Below are positions 25,522-37,790 of a DNA stretch of 64,000 nt, in pieces; positions within the stretch are counted from its first letter, which is position 1; each line of letters begins with the position of its first letter. Source of the DNA: Lingula anatina. Its lineage: Eukaryota; Animalia; Brachiopoda. The stretch spans positions 19,778,001-19,842,000 of the forward strand of contig CM120640.1 in assembly GCA_051362555.1 (NCBI GenBank). Direction: 5' to 3'. The notes below the pieces were generated by a model. That model ran no database searches. It had not been told where the DNA came from and worked only from the letters and a program-made list of their open reading frames with translations. The position numbers were made by a program, and so were the translations under genes.

Positions 25522-27934
25522 AGGCTGGGTCACACTGCGCTTGCAACCTTTTGGCAACCTCTTTGCAACCTCAGTCGCAAGGAGGTTGCCATAGGTTTTA
25601 AAGTGGTCGCATAAGGTTGCAAACAGGTCGCCTGCGATCGTTGACACACGAAGGCCATTTTTTTTGCACCGACAACCAGTGCGACTGATAATGAAAACGA
25701 TTGGTAACTGAGAGGTTGCCTATAGGTCTCCTCTTGGTTGCCAGTAGGTCGCTGTAACCAGACTAAAACCAGTCGCATACAACCTGTAACTGCACGGTCG
25801 ATTGACGGTCTTTAGTCGCTTAGTTGCAAACAGGTTACTAACCGGTTGCAAGCGGTGGGCAGCAGGTCGCAAGGAGGTTGCGGTTGAAACTTCATGGTCG
25901 ATTAATGGTCTTTAGTCGCTTGGTCTCTAACAGGTTTCTTACAGCTCGCACGCACTCGAAAACATGTCGCGAGAAGGTCGCAAGCAACCGTGATAAAATA
26001 AGCGTAGGATGGTGGCCACTAAACATATAAATATATTTTTCATTTATGTCATGCCATTAAGGCTTTCTAAATACCTTGACAAAAGTCGTTATTTCTCTAT
26101 TAAAACGTAGATTGTATTTGTTGTCATCCTTTTAAATTCATTTACAAGGTTTCATAAGTATTTTTTTTTTCAATAAAATAAATAAATGTATGAGTCCCTA
26201 TCAGCCACCATACTTGACTTAAAGTGTTATAAATAGAAGCCGCTGAGCCCGTGTCTTCAGTCCCCAGTATGTCATCCAACAGCGTGGGAAGGGTGGCCAG
26301 AATGTATTTTGAGAAAGCAAATGCCCGTGAAGAAAGTTCTTCACAAAGTTCCAACACAGACTCTGCTTCCCACGAAGAGGATCAACCGAAAGATGATGAA
26401 CGCGGAGGAGACAGGGAGGCTAAATTTACTATTAAAGAGGAAGAAGAATTAGTTGAGTTTTTTTAAGGAAGACGAGTTTTTCTATAACCAACAATTGAAA
26501 GACTTTAAAAACAAATCAAAGAAAGTGCCAAAACAATCAATAATGATTATCACAATGTAAACGATAAACTGTTATCTTTTTATCCATTCCTATATCATGG
26601 CTAATTTTTGACAACTATTGTTGTTAAATTTACTGGAAACATTTTTAATGACTAAAGCAGCCGGAAATATCTTACTTTTTAATTTGCCAAGTCATAATTT
26701 GCCAAGTCACAATGGAAGAAAAATTAAGCAAATAGGCGGGCGCAGAGAAAAAAGTAAATAGCAAAGTATGATACATACTTTTTACAATAAATTTAATTGT
26801 CAGGCATTTTTATAACAGTAAATCAGTGTCACCATTATAAAGAAGGTCAAATAAATACAAATTAACTTCCTCCCAGTACTTAGAATTCGTACCACAAGGA
26901 CGGAAACAAATTGATGACCCGCAGGATCCTTCACTATTTAATGATGTTGTATTGTAAGTGTAACGCTTGGGGCTACAAAGACAAAGGGAAAACCACACAA
27001 TCGGTCGCAAATCAGTTGCTAAGCAGTCGGCGACCTTTTAGCAACCGATTGGATACCACAAATAGGCTTTTCGGTCGCCAGGAGGTTTTCGGTGCTGCAC
27101 CGAAAACCGGCGCGACCGGATAGTAACCCAGCGTTCATTTGGAGACCACTTTGCGAGTTGTTGCAACTTGTCGCCCACCTTTCTGCAACCGGTGACAGCT
27201 GCAAGTCGCAAGGAGGTTTTTTGTTCAGTGTGACCGTAACTGCACAGGCCTTGCGACCTCAAAGAGACCAAGTATTGAAAAAAGAAACTGTGCATGCCTA
27301 TTATTACATTAATAAGGCTGAAAAAACATCCAAATATGTGTTTTATTACACCACTGGTTTGATATAAATGCCAATATATAGTACAAATATATTTCTTATT
27401 TATTATTGTAAGTTTGACAATATTGGTAGTACATAAATCGACTGTGACGTTATAACAGAATCTCATAGCAGAATCGTACTTTAATATTCAAAATATTAAA
27501 TCATTTGAAGCTGCTACGGAACGGATCCAATCGTTGTATAATAATGTTTAAAATATTCCCTCTGTTGTCATCCGAGAGGGAAATTTACGAGAAGGTAGCT
27601 ATCGTCACAACTTATAAAATATATATAGTCTGTGCAACCTTGCTGCTACCAGTTGGCAAGCGATCGCTACAGTCCTGCAACCGGTTTTCAGTCTCCAAGT
27701 GGTTGCTGACAGGTTGTTTATCGCTCGCCTAACGGTGTGCGACTGGTAACCTCTGACTTGAGGATTGTCTGTAAGAGGTTGCAGATACCATACTGTAATC
27801 TTGTTGCAACCGGTAAGCAACTGCTTGCCGATCAAAATATGCAAATTAGGTCGCAAAGTGATCGCAAGCGACCACCAGATTTTGTGGTTGCAAAGAGGTT
27901 GCCAAAAGGTTGCAAGCGCAGTGTGACCCAACCT
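25522..27934. mobile_element. PIF/Harbinger-type non-autonomous DNA transposon (~2.4 kb)
   Basis: ~49-bp TIRs AGG(C/T)TGGGTCACACTGCGCTTGCAACCTTTTGGCAACCTCTTTGCAACC with a TTA duplication (25519-21, 27935-37). Many subterminal GGTTGCAA/GGTCGCAA motifs and an internal MADF/Myb-like remnant. Confidence 0.88.
26269..26527 (+). pseudogene. Frameshifted MADF/Myb-SANT-like Harbinger accessory protein fragment
   Basis: ...AKFTIKEEEELVEFF, then a +1 shift in a T7 run, then KEDEFFYNQQLKDFKNKSKK. This resembles the start of the MADF domain of Harbinger DNA-binding proteins. Confidence 0.55.
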
Positions 27935-28189
27935 TTACGGTGCTGGCGGTGCTGGTACATTTACAGGTCTCCTCGGCGGTGTTTTCTTAAAATTGCACCT
28001 GATGTCGCTGACATAGCGAATTCTACCTTCTAACCCGTGAATTATCGGCGAGTACTGTGTGATGTAGGACATCATAACATCTGCATCCAAGTCCTCTGAA
28101 AAAGTCGGGAATTTGTTATTTAAGACAAGCGCCTTACGTGAGTCTAAAATGACACTTAAGTATATTATCACCCTTCGTCCAATATTTTT

Positions 28190-28846
28190 TATATTTACTG
28201 CCTTACATTCTTTTTGATAATAAATAAATCTTCAGTGTTCAGTGACTAAATTGATTAACGTTTATACATATGTCATCTTACGGGGGACGTCATAATTGCG
28301 ATTTTGGGGTAAAAACTGAAAAAATCGGTTTCTCGAATTTCTCTTTTACATGAGCAACCATGATCGCCGTTTCAACGCCTATTTAAAAACACAATTAAGT
28401 ACTCCAAAACCCTGCCAGCGATTTTCTTAAAGTTCAAGTTCAGGTTTGTCGTTAATAAAGCAAAATAATACCCTTGTTTAATGAAAATCTGTAATTGGGA
28501 GCTCTTAACTCCATAGCGAAAACATGAAAACCAAAATGTCAGCACAGTATTGTAGCCTATACACTCCTGGTCAACTCTGCCATTTTTCGTGATAAAATCT
28601 TGTTCAGGGATGAAGTTACACCCCATACAAATTGCTATCTCACCTCAAAAATAAAGGCGTTAAATTGACGATTAAAGATTTGAGCTGCCCATGCTTATAC
28701 ATTGGAACGAAAAAAATTAACGCTTATATTGGATATTTTCGAGGGGGTTTTTCATTGTTTTAAATCAGCATTTTAAATCAGCATGAATAATTAGATGCAG
28801 GATAAAACTCAAAACTGGGTGATAATATAGGGTTAATAAATCCTTT
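28190..28846. mobile_element. Degenerate copy of the Kolobok-like element in intron 8 of NT5E-B
   Basis: Similar along its length to 13317-14001 (CAGTGACTAAAT, CATAATTG(T/C)GATTT, GGTCAACT(A/C)TGCCA). Absent from intron 8 of A. Boundaries are approximate. Confidence 0.5.
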
Positions 28847-28850
28847 AATG

Positions 28851-29070
28851 AACTAGAAAAGCACTCCGAGAGCGCAGACCTCCGCCAAGGCAGCGATTTT
28901 TGATTATTATTGATTATTGATTGATTATTGATCCGGATCACCACCAAAAACTAATCACTTCTAAGTTAACTCATTTCCCACCTATCCTGAAAATTTCATC
29001 AAAATCGGTTAATAATTTTTTGAGTCATGTTGATGACAAACAAACAGACAGACAAACAGGGGTGAAAATG
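28851..29070 (-). mobile_element. Truncated copy of the short HINE-like element
   Basis: AACTAGAAAAGCACTCCGAGAGCGCAGACCTCCGCCAAGG, GATCCGGATCACCACC and (CAAA/CAGA)n, as at 21968-22300. Confidence 0.65.
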
Positions 29071-32000
29071 ACTTCTAAGACGTATGCAGTACATAATCAT
29101 AATTCATAATCACAGCAATTTATGTTTTCTTGTGTGACCAAGCATGGAAAGCACACTTCACTTAAAATCACTCGAAACTGAAAAACAACCATACCTATCC
29201 CATATCGGTACAATATGTTGTCTTCGAAAATAGAAAAACCATCCCCTCCCTCTAGTAAATAGGTGTTGGTGACCACATCGTACGATTTTGTCTTAACGAG
29301 GGGCTGGAACTCGGGGACTGTACAGTCAGCGCACCTGACGTCAATACTGACCACTCGCCTGCCTACTGGCTTAGACAGGTCATACACAACCCGAAGACCT
29401 GGGTATAGGCAAACAATATAAAAATAAAACAAACAAAGAACACAATTATACAAGGGACTGCTATGTTTTGAATTATAGAAATTTTCAAAATTCTCGGCAA
29501 CTTATTGTTACTATATCATAAATTCCTTATATTGATTCAATTATGCATTTAAATATGGTTATTAATTTAAGTAAGGGTAATGTTTAGCTTTCTTAATAGA
29601 AACTAAATGAAAACGATTATATTTAACTGAGATGGAACAATTACCCGAGACTTGCAGGAAGCGACCCGTATTACTCTCTTGTAAGGAAACGGAATGTTCC
29701 ATGACTGCCCACAAGGTACTACCGTTAATTTTGACAATGTCAACCGTATTTTCGAACGGGATAGTTCTCAGGACGTTTGACACTAATATGTCACCTGAAA
29801 TAAGAATAGAAATGTTCATCCTAAAGAAACATGGTTGCAGCGGATATTTCAGCCAGGTACCCCAGTATCACGAACAGTTCCTAAACCGTACTCTAATAGA
29901 AAAATTGACGTTTCAGTATTGCTTTAGGAAAAAAACGCATAAAGGTGCTCTTTAACCCAACCCACAGGTTTTCAGGATTTACAAACGACAAAGAAAAAGT
30001 AAAAGTGTAATGGCAAAAAGGACTAAGACGTCTACCAGTATCTATAAGATATAGGTGCATGTTGGCGTCTACCTATTTCAATTGGCTCACGTATCCCGCC
30101 GCTATTCCACATTCCAATAGAGGCATTGGTCCACCTTGTTCCGTCATTGGGTTTCAGATACTTGTACACCAATGCATCTGCTATGAGGTTCCCTTTAAAA
30201 TGACCAGTATTTTTATCATAAGGTACAAAAGATTTGGGATAAATTATGTCCAGGTGTTTCTGTTCGGGTGTAAAAAGCACGTTTACGACAATTTGGCAAA
30301 ATTTACAAATTATCTGGCACCTCACCATACACCATACAGGAAAGAATATTATCCCTGCCCTATCGCTCTATATAACGGAATCAGGTATTAATGCCTTTGA
30401 ATTATTAGAAACTCTCTGCAAGACCATCGGAGACATAGACAACACGAATGTCGAACTCCACACGACTCAGTGACGCATTACTCATTTATAGATCCCTCAG
30501 AACTGAAAGCTACTTAGGAGAGGTCATGAAAAAAGAAGAGAGAACAAAACGCTACCTACCTAAACTACACTCATTTCTACGACAAGATATAACATCGTTT
30601 AACTCGACCAAAGTGGTTCCGATCTTTGTTTGACCTAAATCGACCACACGTTGTTTCCATGGTTGCATCTCAGTTAATATTCCACTGTCTGAAACAGGAA
30701 TTTACAGAAACAGTGCCAACAAAATGCACAATTTGAAGAAATCGGGTGATTTAAAAAAGATATCAGTTTATGAACTAATTATGGCAAAATGGTCATTGAA
30801 GTCACGAAGTTTGAAGGTAAATGTGAATGAAAGGCATTCTTATATTCACTAAAATTCATTCAAAATTAAACTAATTGAGAGATTATTAAACTATTGTGAA
30901 AATAAACACGAAAGCTATTATTATGAGAAATCTTCGATTGTTCTTATTTTAAATCATTTTATTTGACATCAATTTATGAATTAATGATGACAGAATACTC
31001 ATTCCAGACAAGAAGTTCGATGTTATGTGTTTGATTTAAGGCGTTCTCATATTCAAAATGAAAAAGATAAAAGGATTAACTACCCGGTAAACTATTGTGA
31101 AAAACATACAACTACATTTATTCTATTATTTTGAGAAAACTTCGATTGTTCTCAAAGTTAAACAATGATAACTTTACCTTGTGTAACATTTTCATCCAAT
31201 AAGATTGGATTGCCACCCCATGACGTAAGTTCCCCTGCTTCGTCAAAAGTTACTTGTAGGTAACCTAGATATTTGGCAAACATGAAATCTGTGACTATCA
31301 GCACGTTGCTTCCTCTTCTTCTCAACACAGTAGGATACAAACCATCGGGTTGCTCCGTGGATGGAGGAGTGCCTGGAAATATAATTGGATCTTTTTATTG
31401 TTATACTGCAAATATTGCAATGGCGACAGAGAGAGAGAATAAAATTCTTTAAAAAAGTACCTTTAACATTTAGTATTCATTTAATGAACAATTATTCTTA
31501 ACATATCAAAGAAAACTCTACATTTGCATTGAGCTCATCATTATATCTATAACACCCTGTTACAGGTTGTCTGACAATAATATGTCATCTGCACTTATAT
31601 CTAAGTCTTCACTTGCAAGACAATTAAAAGATTTACCTGTATAGATCTATACATTTTACCAGTATAAAGAAACGCGTTAGCCTGGCCACCAATAACAAAG
31701 TTCTCAAGATATCAAAGTTATGGAGATAATTCTATAATTCAACCTTTGACATGCGTTCAACATTATACCAATTACCACCTAATAGAGGTTGTATAGCTAT
31801 AATGTGCCATCTTCTCTTTTATTAAAAAATTCACTGTCAATTAAATGAAAAGGCATTTTACCGGTATAAAGAAACGTGTTCGTTCGGCCACCAATAACAA
31901 TGTCCACCCCATCAACTTCTTCAGCAATCTTTCTATCGACAGGAAAGCCGGAGTGACCCAGTGCAATAATTTTATTAATGCCCTGTAATTTCAGTTTATT

Positions 32001-34865
32001 AACCTCTTCCTGTACTGCAGCCACTTCTTCGGTGAAAATTAAAGCGCCTGAAAAAAACTGATAACTAAACTTGTGTGTGACCCTAAACATGTATTTATCA
32101 AATTGTAGCATGTAGGCTACATGTATGCACTATCACAATAATAATAGTAATAACAATCTGACGATCACAATATTAAAATTAATTGACTTAATACAGTCTG
32201 AAAAAAAGTGGTTTCAGAATATGGCCTTTTACAAATATGTATAATATGATATGGACATTGTTTCTAGAAGATCAAAAATTAATCTAACCTGGGTTTGAAA
32301 CTAGAGGCGTGTATCTGAACACGTAACCCACTATTCCTATCTGTTCCCCATTCACATTCAGCACCGTGGACTTTTGATACATCCCTTGCATTTCTGGGAC
32401 GTTTTGGGCGTCGATGTTAGCACTCAAAACGGGGAAAGTGACGTTTCGAAGAAAATGCAATAAGCAAACTCGTGATTACCGAAAGCCTAAAATGTTGAAT
32501 TATTGAGATTAAACAGAATATATTGGGGATTTCAAATAACTTTCGTTCCTTTGGATTCGCTGTTTTTGAAAATTCCCCGTTTATTCCGAATAGAGGAGGA
32601 TTCGCATTTTTGCCAACGTGACGAACGAGGTTTGTGACTTCCAAATAAGGAAGTGTCCCAAGCGGATACATCTGTGACGTACGAGACTTGTGACTTCCAA
32701 ATATGGAAGCGCCCCAGGCAAAATTTTGACAAACACGCCCTCAATCTGCCGCTAGTGGCTAGAGTTTCGTATTGCTGATATGGGTTATATATGTAATCAA
32801 GATCGAGCTTGCAATACGGAGATCTAGAACCTAGGGTATTGAGCCTGGGTTTTGACCAATATCCCCGAAGAAGGCCTAGGGAGCTAGGGGCCGAAAATTT
32901 AGATAAGATGTTATATCTTTATATTATATCTTTATAGATGCATCATTATAATAACTTATACAATTCTTAAAGATCAAAACGGTTCATGATTTGATATGAA
33001 TCTTTAATGTAATAACCATGGACAAAACGACGATCTATATTATTTGAAGATCAACGGGCGCGTGAAGTTCAGGGGCGGATGCAGAGACAGTCTTCCAAAT
33101 AATCTTGTTGATCGATCCTATATTTTTGACCGTCTTTCGGCAGGAAAAATAAGATACTTGTCAATGTAAACTTGAAAATCTGACCGTCTTCTTGGTCTTC
33201 CCTCAATCCGCCCCTGACTGAAACCTGTGCTATGATGGTCCATCGACGAAAGTTGCCAGCTGACGCCACTTTTGCCGTGCCAGCTTGGATGCAAATTTTA
33301 CCTTTGCAACAGCAATTTACTTTGTATACATATTTCGGAATATTTCGAATTTCACGTTAATGCTATGAGATGATCTCGCCTGTAGGCTACCGAATTTATA
33401 TGCTCTATTACTCAAAGCATTTAACATTCTTATTCGATATACCATGGTGAAGTACTTGACAAGTAAAGTGCACCGGAAGGGAGTGGCAAAATGTCTCAGA
33501 AATCAATATGAATCATTATACCACTTTGCCACATTATACCGTATAGATCATTTTAACAACTTATTTATTTCTTAAAAATCAAAACGGTTCATGATTTGAT
33601 ATAATCTTCAAAGTAAGAGCCGTGGACAAAATGACGATCTACAGCGTACCCCGTTTTTGAATTTCTAATATATGAGCCATTCTCGTAATGGAAATGGAGG
33701 TGGTGAAAATTAGATTTTAAAAGCTTTCGCTAAGGAATGGGGTGGAGTGCAGAAGGGAGATCTTTTTGCCCCGCCGCGTTCGCCAATTGAATTTTGAGAG
33801 TGCGAGTGCAATTATTTGAAGATCATTTTGCACGTGATCCCTGTGCTATGGTCCATCGGCGAGAATTGTATAGTGAAATAATACTTTGTAGGATATACAT
33901 GTACAGAGATTTATGGAGATTAAAAAATCTCACTTGACTCTGTCTTGGTTTAATTATTATTCCTATTTGGGGGGAGGGAGGATATGGGGCTTGCCAGCTT
34001 ACGCCACTTTTGCCGAGCCAGCTAGCTTGGATGTAAGTGTAAGGTTTAGAAGAGCCTGTGCCTACGAAAGGCTCAATGAATAGCCAAATCAATGCATTAT
34101 AATGAATGTTTCGATCATGTAATCTATAAATATATAAAAATTATATAAAACGAAATGATATGTTCCATTACTAACAAGCAATCAACATTCTTATTCGGTA
34201 TATCATGGTGCAGTACCTTTACTTGTCTAGCGTTCTTGATAAGTAAATTGCGCCAGAAGGGGTTGGCAAAATGTCTCAGAAATCAATATGAATCATTATG
34301 CAACTTTGAATTTCAAGTGCCAAACACAGATCGCTTAAAGCCAAGATTTTACAATTTATCAATACGCCGCAGATTAAGAAGATTAAACATTGAAACATCA
34401 CTTACCATTGCGTCATATCTAAACAGATTCATGAAGTAAGCTGTAACATTGCCCTTGTACAACGTATACCATAAAGTGCCTTGGAACTGGTCTCCGGCGT
34501 CCAGCAAAATCACGTTCTGCTCAGAGTTGCGAATTTCTTGAATTTTGGTCCATTGACGCGCGATTCCTCCAAAGCATACTCCCGCTTGAGCTTCGTTGTC
34601 CGAGCATCGCGTGCCTCTTCCATCAAACTGTTCGAAACGTGCGTGGACATCGTTGGTGTGTAAAATAGTCAAATCAAACCCGGAGCTCAGCGTGAAAAAA
34701 ATGCTTAAAACGATCAGCTTTTTCATATCTAATGCTTTATGTAAAACTTTGGCTTTGGTGGTTCCAAACATTCAACTAGTACATGCACTGTCACCAAGTA
34801 GTGAGCGAGAGAAGGGCACAAGGTTGAAGCAAAACCTGTGATAATAATATTCCAGCTGAGGGCAG

Positions 34866-35255
34866 AATATATAGTGCTGGGGAAAGACACACCCGTCAAA
34901 CCTGTTTCTTTTATTCTTAAAATGAATTGTTTTTTATCCTTAAAAATATGCTCATCGGTCATAATTTTTTCACCCGTTTCATTTATAGTGCTGGGGAAGG
35001 ACATACCGGTCAAATCTATTTCTTTTATTCTCAAAATAAGTTGTTTTTTAATCTTTGGAAAAATACGCATTTGTCACTATTTTTTATAAAAATGTTTTTT
35101 ATCTTTGAATTGGTGCGCATCGGTCATTGTCTTTTAACCCGTTTCATATATAGTGCTAGGGAAGCACAAACCTGTCAAACCTGTTTCTTTTATTCTCAAA
35201 ATGAGTTGTTTTTTTAATCTTTGGAAAAATACGCATTTGTCATTATTTTTTAACC
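34866..35255. repeat. Triplicated promoter-proximal module upstream of NT5E-B
   Basis: Three copies of TATAGTGCT(G/A)GGGAA...GTCAAA.CT.TTTCTTTTATTCT.AAAAT starting at ~34866, ~34981 and ~35147. A has a single copy at ~20893. Confidence 0.7.
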
Positions 35256-37083
35256 CCCTGCTCCGGTTTGAATGACTGGTATCTGGGTTTCTTTTGGGAC
35301 AAGTTTTGTACCCGACAACAAAATACACAGCATACCTGTCAACACTACTGACCTCGAGAATAGACTTTAAGTTGGATATTATCATTATCATATAATATCA
35401 TCATATCATGCATCATTTTCTTCAATTTTACTATTCTTTTCGCATTCTGTGTCTGTTTTGACTCTCTGCGCTGTAGATTCAAATTCTAATTTCACTTAAA
35501 GGTTCAAAGATAGAAGAATACACTTCTTGGACATGCCTGTAAACACTCCCTATCTCGTCGGGAGTCTCCCGATACGTTACACCTTTCTGTTTTACCCTAC
35601 GTTAGAACGCTCGAAAACATCATACGCGACAATATGCAGACATATTATTGTTTTCCCAGATTTATTGATCGAGGGTAGTGATTGCAGTAAACAATAAGGA
35701 AAAAAATGCCAAAGACAAACTATTTTCTTTGTGCGAAAACTGTCCTAAAGATTGTGTAGGTTGTTGTCAGAGAGTAAAATTCTCCCCAAAGGAACCGAGA
35801 AAGCGATCGTTCAAACCACCGAAACGGCTTAAAAAGTAATCACCGATGCGTTTCTTTCCAGAGATCAAAAACAATTCATTTTGAAATTTGAAGAAACAGG
35901 TTTGACAGGTATGTCCTTCCTCAGCCTCTCTTAACTCGGCCAAAATCCAGGCAAAGGTCTTTCACTCAGTCACATAATTATAGTGTCTCAGTTCGGGATT
36001 GAGGGTAGTAATTGCAGTAAACAATAAAAAGAAAAAAAAAACGGCGTCGGGCCTTTGTGCGTATACTGTCCTTGACAATGTGTATATTGTTGTGAGAGGA
36101 GGGCAAAGCTTGTCCCGAAAGGCACCTTGAGATAGCTATCATTTAACCCGCCGCAACGGGTTAAAAAATAATGCCAGGGACGTAAAGGCCGGGGCCAAGG
36201 AATGATAGGCTAAAGAATAATATACAGTTATTTTGTAAGTTTTCAAAGCTTTCCACACCCGATAAAAAAACTAGCTCTTTCTCTGACGTTTGTTCACAGA
36301 CAGACCATATACAGCATGCTGTAATGCCTGTGTATCGCAGTGACCACCGCTCCACTGTGTCCAAGTTAATATTCTATTTTAGGTGATATTGTATTTTCAT
36401 TATTATTCATTATCTTTTTTTAAATTTTACTATTCTGTTCCCATTTTATGTCTGTCCCCTCCGCACTGTAGAAATACTAATTCTATACAACGGTTCAACG
36501 ATAGAAAAAGACATACATTGTACGCATACATATAGTACACAGACAAACGCAAGGTTTCAGACGTGCGTTGGTAAACGTATGAGTTATAAGTTGCTCAAAC
36601 CCTAGATATACGGTAAGAATATACGGCCAATAAGCTGGTAGGACAACGCTTATAAATGCTAGAAGGTATTTTACAGTAGGGCCACGTAACGTTTCTCATA
36701 AAACTTTGATGACACACGCAGTATGCTGGGAAAACACTTCCATCAAGAAAGACAAAGAGCTGAGGAGCAGGTTCGGCACCAACATAAGCAGATATAATAC
36801 TTAAAACAAGGTTTTAATGTATGACAAATTTATTTAAAAAAGAAAGAAACAATAAACATGAAAGTATGAAAATTTGACGAGAATCCATTAAAACGAATAG
36901 CATGAATTTATCTGATTCTTTTTTATTCGCCCATATGATCTCTTTATACGGTAAACCTAATTTCTTCGGAGTGTTTATTTAAAGATGAGCATGGATGAAT
37001 GTCACAGCGGCAAGAAATGGGGTCTGTTTATTTCTAATTTTTTAATCGCCATCATCAAAGTAAAGAAAAGATCCCGGACTACC

Positions 37084-37790
37084 CTATGATTCTTGATATG
37101 TGTCCAAGAACAGCGTGAACGTTGGAACTGCTGCGAATGCTCGGTTGGTGCTACAAGGTTCCACTGAACCATTGACAAATTAAATTTGGGCCTCCGCACC
37201 ATGATACGCATGAGAGTACTTTTTGATGCTGTCTATTAAGACATCTGAATTCAAATCACCTGAAAATACACATGCTATAAAAAAGTGCCAAGCTTATATT
37301 GAGTCAAGCATATATTGTGCCAAGCTCATTGCATTTGGAAACCTTTAAAAAAAGAGTTATTTTAGTGACGATGGTAATATGTTATGTTAAAATTAGGTAC
37401 AAGAGCGAGAGATTCTGGCTCAGTTAAAAACACAAGAGAGAAAAAAATTGTGGAAGAACGTAAGAAAGGCTTAGATAAGACGCAATTGTGATGTGCTCTG
37501 AGCAAGTCGCACGGACTAAACTGTAACAGAAGGGTTTCTGGTACATCGCGCGCAAAACGGGAGAGAAATCTCCAAGATACCAGGGAGAGAAATCCAATAA
37601 ACCCTATGCTATTTTAAACGCTTTTTTGTTTTCGCAACATAACTGTTAATCTAAAGATTTAATTAATTTTAAAAAAATTCAAAGATATATCAGAATATTC
37701 AGAATTCTAAAAACTGGGATCATTTTGGCGTTTTAGTTCCACACCTGTACATACAGTATGCTGTTCCTCAACATCGAATAAAATCTTATC
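37084..37790 (-). pseudogene. Orphan NT5E fragment: end of exon 8, intron 8 and a duplicate last exon of type C
   Basis: ttttcag acceptor, then 37259-37084 = DLNSDVLIDSIKKYSHAYHGAEAQI*FVNGSVEPCSTNRAFAAVPTFTLF, compared with C exon 9 DTLDADVLMDYIKKYSPVYHGVEDRIKFVTGSVQPCSNNQAYAVVPTFTLI. The stretch 37740-37790 resembles the end of C exon 8. Confidence 0.75.

Larger units (their letters stand above)
25468..34726 (-). pseudogene. NT5E: NT5E-like paralog B, disrupted duplicate of A
   Basis: Exons 34726-34406, 32486-32289 (198 nt versus 214 in A, C and D: a 16-nt deletion after GNHEF, giving ...AYCIFFETSLSPF*), 32047-31862, 31372-31178, 30688-30560, 30192-30073, 29794-29645, 29398-29195 and 28095-27935. 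The original tail (APPFGIIGNFLQNFLG*) is stranded at 25518-25468 beyond a transposon. Confidence 0.85.

Noticed and set aside
25530-27931. Multiple overlapping ORFs in the Harbinger element
   Set aside because: They are by-products of GGTTGC/GCAACC subterminal repeats. No DDE transposase motifs were seen.
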